Shown piece after piece: positions 57,001-64,000 of a DNA stretch of 64,000 nucleotides. Within the stretch, counting starts at the first letter, position 1. Every line of letters starts with the position of its first letter. The DNA comes from Laetmonice hystrix. Taxonomy: Eukaryota. The position numbers and the translations under genes are program-made. The stretch covers positions 30,628,001-30,692,000 of the forward strand of contig OZ249438.1 of the NCBI GenBank assembly GCA_965235115.1. Reading direction: 5' to 3'. The notes below the pieces were generated by a model. The model did not search any database. It was not told the origin of the DNA and saw only the letters and a program-made list of their open reading frames with translations.

Positions 57001-60000
57001 CCCCCGCCATCCAACAGGCTAGGCGCGCCAGCTTGAACACGTGCTACGGTTTGGATTGGTCTTCCTCATTCCTAAGTACCCCTGTGGTATGAGCCCCCCC
57101 CCCCCCCATCCCACTGTCCTAGGGCTGCAGTTGGAGCAGTCAATCACAGGCACTGAACAGTTTGGGTTGGGTATAAACCATGGAGTCAGCTAGTTACTTA
57201 TCTTCTTTGTCTATCGGTTCTTGTCTTATCTATGACTGTTGTTGGTCAAGGTGAGGGGGGCACATTAACGGGTGTCCTCCAGCAGCACCAGCAGGTGCTC
57301 CTTGTGTCCCCAGGCCATCCAGTCCCACGCCTCCAGGGGCGTCCCTTCCTGGTGATAACACCGAGTTGATGTGAATATTAACAAATCGTGGATCCACAGG
57401 GTGAGCTCCCCGGGGTTGGTGTCAAGTGGGACAGGTCATGTCTGGAGGCCACTCGGACCGGCCTGTCTGACTGGCTGTCAGGAGTACACCACCCTCCCCC
57501 CACGTGGTAACGGGTCACTGGAGGAGGGGGTGACATGAGCAAGAACTGAGCGGAGCCAGCCTGAGCCAGCCCGTGATGGATGGTGATGGACATGGACCTT
57601 GGCAGTACTCGCCTGCCTTGGAAGTGGTTCCTGTTTACCCAAGCTGTTTACAGTCGTGGTCAGTCGGATCACCCACATCGTCTTATTTGAATGACGATTA
57701 ATTATTTACCGAAATAAGGACGTAACCAAATACATTTGTGTCAAGCTTAGAAAATCCATGGCATTATTAATCAATAACATTGATATGTACTTATAATCAA
57801 AGATTGTACTAGAATCCTAGTACAATCTTTGTTATAATATGAAACATTAATATGAAACAATTTCTAGAATATTGTTGATGCAGACAGATTGCTTTTTAGA
57901 AGACCTTCTTTAAAAGAATTAGAGTTAAGACTATATGAACTATAAAGAACTATATGGTCAGGAGGCAGCCTCAGCATGCGGGTGGAAGCTGATTGGTATC
58001 CTGTATCTCTCTCTCCGAAATTAAATCTAGCAGATTTAAAAAATCATTTCCTGACTCAGCAGAATAAAACTTTGCTTTCCACATAAATCTGCTATAATCT
58101 TGATGTTTATCGACATATTGTATACATTGAACATGGTAAAGGTGGGATCATTTCCAGACACCATGCAATATCGGTGTATAATTGCAAGTGGGCTGATCTC
58201 AAGTTATTGATAAGAAAATCTCACCTTTGAGATGATGCATTATATTTCTGTCCATTACTCATATCCTAGATCCATTTCAGAGACTTACCTGAAAGGAGAA
58301 AGTGTGAGAAAGATAATAAGTTGAGGGTTTTTTTTACCAATCTTTCACAATTTCATGCATTTCAAACAGACGACTGCCGGAAAAGCGAGATCTTCTCTAC
58401 AACTCCAGCCATATATACGCGGTTGAGATATTTGAGGATGTGTCCGACAGTTAAATTCTTAAATGTGTAAATTTCCAGTTATGGTGAATAACATGATGTA
58501 AGAGCTCATAAGCCTTACAAACAGTTAGGGTTTTATGATTTCATAGCGAATAAGACATTAAATAGTCCTTGGCATGCACTCAGCCTTAAGAGATGATCAC
58601 GACTCAGACATTTCTACTCCCCATCCCCCATGCATTCAGTCACAGCAGATATAGTTAAACTAGTTATTAACATATCTGAGTAACACAGACCTAAGGCATA
58701 TTGTCTGTGCCTTTCACATATGTATATTAAAATACTTTCTATTGTTGGGCATTGATGCCTGCAAGGTTCCACCCCAGTGTTTCACAAGACCGAGAGGCAA
58801 TTTTCATAAAACTTCAGTACCTTAGTTTCTCCATGGGTCAGAAATCTTCTCACGCTGTCATTTAAACAAAACTAGTGTTACATCAGGAAGATCTGCCAGG
58901 CCAGCCATGTTGGTAATCCACAAGAAACTTAAGTCCGAAATGTTACTTTCCTCCTTGTGCTCCTAATTCATCAAAAATCTTTCTACGCCCACTCTTCCCG
59001 GACTTTGTGTACGTAGAGAGGAACTTCACAGTTGTATGAGGATTCCAGTGAGCCACGGAGTGGTGACTTTTCAGCTTGCATGGCTCAGTCCGGCCCTAGT
59101 GTTTATGAGCAGTATCAGAAAGAATGCTTGGAATAGTTCACACACTTTTATGGCCGTGTTGGTCCACTTTAATCCCTATCAAGGTCAGGTATGGTCTATG
59201 TTATAATTATAATGTGTGTTGCCAGTGGCTGTGTATGCTGATGACGAACATGGAGGCAGAGGGACACTGTCGTACGAGGATGATAGGTAATATCATCTAA
59301 ACCACCTCGGGCTCTGTACCTGTCCATACATGCACCTACACCGACAATATGCAGGTGCTTCCACCAGATAAAAAGCTTGATGAAATGTTCAAAACATATC
59401 GATGGCTATTATGTCGAATATCGGATACATATTGTGTCTATACATGACGAATTGTTTTTAAGGATGCCTCAAGCTCTTTTTTGAGGCATTCAAAGCAATT
59501 TAATCCCCAGATGACATGCTAATATCTTTCAAATATTACTATCGTGTTGGCAACAGAAGAAGCCCTCAGGCCCTTCGTTTCAGTCGAGTGTTATAGAGGT
59601 GAAAAAAAAATGCATTCTCATATGGCTCTAATGCTGTTTCATACATAGGTCGATTTGTTCTCAGGTAGTAAAATAATTTTTTGTTTTCGAAGAACCCTTC
59701 CCATCATTTTAAACAAAGAGAAATGCAATTAAACATGAACTGTCAAGTCATATGTTTCTATTTTGATACATTAACTGAAAACTCAAATATCTACTTTTAT
59801 TCACGCTTAATTTTACAATGAACATTTATTCAGGTTTCATTTATAATCTTTTGGAAAGAAGCAACAAGCATAACCGTAAAATTGCCTCTAAATGATTTAC
59901 TAGCAGGTGGCAATGCTAGGCTGCCAAACATTAACCATGCTCTGCCTATATGTCAATGCTTTAGGGCGTATAAATAAATTAAATCAAAGGCTCTATGTAA

Positions 60001-63000
60001 GAACATACATATACATGTATGTGGAGCCTTTATTATATCATCAGGCTGTAAGATGTCAATACGTTATCTTCGTACCAGTCACAAACCTTCAATAAACAGA
60101 TGGATTAACGCTAATACAGCTAACAGGCATAGACTACTATTCACGTCGCATTAAAATGCAGGGCTTAGATGGAGTATTACTACCGTAGTTCATCCCATTA
60201 ACATATCAAGTGATGGAATGAAGCGTGCAAGTCCTTAAACTGACTGGAGCCATCACAGCAGTGGTCATTGCTATCAGTAAGACATCCGATAGCATCATCA
60301 CCACTAGATGAGCCACAGGAGACGTTTTACCTGCTAGTTTTAATAAGCCTTATCTTTCTTGACATCTACACATTGGATAATTAACACATGGAGGTTTCAC
60401 TGATGGAGAGAATGAAACGACAATGAAACAGGAGTCACCATTGCAGTCTGTATTAACTGTCCAATCAATTCAGTAAACACACTGATTAATGGTCATCAGG
60501 TTGTCAGGGAGGACCAGTAGGGAGGACAGTGTCCATTAACCGATCAGTGCCATCACAGCATGATCCAGTCCAACCCCTGTGGTCAGGGTTCCGCCAATAC
60601 TTCATGACAGTCAACCCTGGTGGGCCGGGGGGGGGAGGTCTTTCCATTCTGCACTCACTGAACCAGCAGATTTATACAGGCTATAGGATCAGTAGTGTGT
60701 CCAGCTTAAAGAGTAGGCTAATCCTTGACTTCTAGGGGCCTACAACAACTGCTGTGCAGTTTAACGAGACTATAATGTGTCAGCAGTTACCAGGTTAAGA
60801 AAAAGTGGATTAGATAAGAAAGTGAATATGAGAGAGGGAGAGAGAGACAGGGAGAGACAGAGACGGGGGGAGGGGGGTACCAGCATGTGCCAGGATGACC
60901 AGCAGGTGCCCTGCTGCTCCGGTGGGGTTCAAGGTGGGAAGGTAAGAGGGGGTCGACAGCTGACTTATATTAACCTATGGTTGGGCACTTAAAAGGAGGC
61001 CAGTCTAGATTCAGACGGCCAGCCTTTTTTAAGCCGCAGATTTTGAGCTACTAGAAGAGTTTTGTATTCATAATACTCTGTTCGGGAGGCATTTTGAATA
61101 TACACGTGATTACAACAAAGGTAAAAGTGTGATAATCTAACCGGGTAGTGTTACAACGGGGCATAATAATTCCTGACGCAGTATTAACTATCCTGAATAG
61201 GTCACCGTATTCCGCGCTTTTGAGACCTCACTAAATCCAGCCTCATTTAAATCCATGCCTGAATATATATATCGAAATGGTACTCTTAACTTGACTTAAG
61301 TTATACCAGAAGCTATCCTGAGATTGGATACATGACTTATTGCATATATTCATATCATAGGTTTAGCCTGTCTTCAGGCATTATCCATGTATATGCATGT
61401 ATACAGTGGTGTACATAAAAGAGTAGGCCACAAATGAACACATATTACAGGCCATATTGGATTATGTATATGTATACATCAATTGGCCTCATAAACATCA
61501 GCTCAGAATATGTGAATGACAAGATGAAAGGTGCATGGAATTGATACAAGCCCTATATTAAACTGATTTATTGAAATACAGGAAGATGACGAAGATCACC
61601 ATATCATAAATACTTATTTCACTGTTTTATGTTTCCAGTACAAGTATTTCCTTTATTGAATATTATTGGTGAAAATGTGAAAATAAACCCGATGAATCTG
61701 AAGTAAAGAAGGAATAGGAATAATGCTTGGGGTGAGCATCATCTCAATTCGCACAAGTTGAAAAATGTGTTTTCTCACATAGTTATGTGGTAGTGGCAAA
61801 GAGTACTGTACGATCGTTCGGACATTGCTTCAAAAGAGGGATTCCCACGACCGGATGGACCCTACACATGCATTGGATCATTCGGTAACTGTTTATTTAC
61901 ATCAGACGTCACTAGAAATGCACTTTAATAAGTACAGCAGAATTTAAGATGCCCCCAGATAGGGGCACTAATGGTGCATTGATTGGCAGGACATGGTCAT
62001 AAGCTTACAGCGGCTGTCTTGGCTGGTCAGCAGTGTAAATGCGTTCAATGGCAGTTAAGCTTTACATTGGAGCGCAGAAAAGCTATATATCTGCCAAGGC
62101 AGTACGTCTGTTTGTTGATGGTGTTAAACACTTCTTACAATTGTAATGTTTGTGGACATCCTGCGGTGGGTGTGTTCTCACAGTGATCATCATATCTACC
62201 GGTAATAAGGCAGAGAGAGTGTACTAGAATGGAATGTTAGAGAACTGACCACCATTAATATTATCACACTGGTATAAACTACCAGGACTCCTCGAAAACT
62301 ATTGTTCGTTATCGTTTATGTGATCAAATGTGATGATATGGCCATTCTGAAGTCTGTCAGTGACCTCGACCAATAGGCGAGAGGGAAAATATACTAGGTA
62401 GGGGTTGATGTTAGTGGAAAAAGTACTATTGACCAGAACTGGCAGGGCCGCCTTCAGTGCCTCCCCCTGGCCACTCAACCCAAATCATCGGTGACGTCTC
62501 TCCCCAGTGACACCTGTCGGTCAACTCATGTAATATTCCACTTTTAATCATAATTCAAGCGCTTGAAGAATTGAACTGCAGTATGTTGTCTGCCATTGAA
62601 TGTAATTGTGTTTTCCCTTGGGTATCTATTCCTAGGTTGAACATACACTAACTTGCACCAGTTCTAAATAGGTCCCTTTGGAACTGTAGATTTCAAAACC
62701 TGTGACAAAGAAGACATGAATCTTACTTCTGTATAGCTCTCTCTCTTCCTGGCAGTAGTCCGGAAGATGTCAGCGAGAGACGTTATAACCCATCACCTGA
62801 TGGTTGTCTGGCGGGCTTGCTGCCTCTCTCTAGCCCCACCCATTCACACGGCCTACCCAGACATCCAGACGCCCAGATCCATACCACACTTTTTGTTGTT
62901 GTTGCTAACTATTAACCCATTTTGGAACCAGCGTGAAAATAAAACCCGCGAGGCTTGCCCATGCCAAGATCTTTGTGAACAAGTGGTCTGTTGTCGCAGG

Positions 63001-64000
63001 GATTTTATTTAGGTAAAACAAAATTGGTGGGTTTTTTTGGGTCAAAATCAAGAGTTATTGAAGACCCCAGACCTTGCATAATATTGTGTTTATGTCTGTC
63101 GCTATGTGGCCGTGCCTAGCTTTTATGTATCTACCGTATACACTATCTTATAAGAGTACATCCAAATGGTTTGAATTTTTTTTTTTGGGGGGGGGGGGGG
63201 GGTCTGCTCCCAGCAATATTTTAAAAATAATTTCAGAGTACTGCATGGGGGTTTTCTTGGTGTACATAGGAAGGGCTTGCATATATATATATAGAATTAG
63301 TGTTAACTGCCTGGAACATTGCCATAACGATAAGCCATCTGTTGTCACCACATCAGTCTAGTCCTTGCTGGCTGCGAACATAAATCTACACGTAGGCCTA
63401 CAGGACTAGTAGGAATTTCGCCTATTGCAGGACCGGACTAAGGAGAGGAAAAAGTAGTAGCTCGATAGGACAGGAGTTGACGAGTTTTCTTATCTTTGGT
63501 GCCAAGACTTTGATATCTTAGCGATGTTTGATTAGTCGCATCGCGACAACATGATAATGCTGGAAGCTCCAGAAAATTATGCAACATACTCCACCTGGCG
63601 GCTTTAAACGTTAAAGACCCAGTGCCCACATAGGCCCGTATAGGCATCAGGATGAAGTATACTTTCGTAGGAGGTTTGGAGCCTAAAACCATTCAACCTC
63701 CCTACTGTGTTGTGAAATGTTCGCGGGAATTACTTATACGCCTGATCACTGTAAAACCATAACTATTTTCAGCTCCTGACTCCAGTTTTGCTGAGAAAAA
63801 CGGGATTGCAAGGGCTGTATACATACATAGGCCTACCTATCCTCCGATCCCTATACGGAACCTTGCCATTCTTTTGGTACTGACTTTCTGCAAAAATTCC
63901 AATTGTTGTGAAAGTCTTTCAAACAAAAATGATCTCAAACGTCTGCACAGATAACACGTAATGAAAGTAGGGTAGTCTGAGACTTATGACAGATGTTTGG

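Noticed and set aside
28843-62182. Su(H) paired sites (head-to-head, 15-17 bp apart)
   Set aside because: Checked around the CSL sites found; no correctly spaced inverted partner seen.
14316-64000. The many 60-170 aa six-frame ORFs as genes
   Set aside because: No recognisable domains, many alternative starts, low-complexity composition and no consistent splice-site framing.
1-64000. tRNA, rRNA, tRNA-derived SINE or known miRNA
   Set aside because: No A/B-box pair with cloverleaf, rRNA-like segment or recognisable mature miRNA seen by eye; a formal Infernal or tRNAscan run is still needed.

Overview
Eukaryotic (bilaterian invertebrate-like, roughly 43% GC by eye; a lophotrochozoan such as a mollusc is a guess, not shown) genomic window with one recognisable protein-coding gene. 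It is the Notch ligand Delta on the minus strand: nine coding exons from ATG 13894 to 606, all GT-AG and phase-consistent. They encode signal peptide, MNNL/C2, DSL, 9 EGF repeats, a TM helix and an intracellular tail with Neuralized-type NxxN motifs; the last exon(s) are unresolved. A TATA/Inr core promoter sits at about 14283-14315. The remaining ~50 kb upstream shows no convincing coding exon and looks like a regulatory desert. It holds eight short tandem-repeat arrays, a Kolobok-type DNA transposon relic (TTAA TSD, 17-bp TIRs, decayed THAP plus second-gene fragment), a Kolobok-type MITE, and many Notch-circuit motifs. Most striking: a 73-bp x13 array carrying 11 perfect Su(H)/CSL sites and a 34-bp x8 array carrying a Hes/E(spl) box in every unit lie 10-16 kb upstream of Delta, suggesting copy-number-tunable Notch feedback. 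There are also a 9-kb cluster of CGTGGGAA sites and recursive-splice-like YnCAG|GTRAGT motifs on the Delta strand. Everything was read by eye; motif searches are not exhaustive and function is untested.
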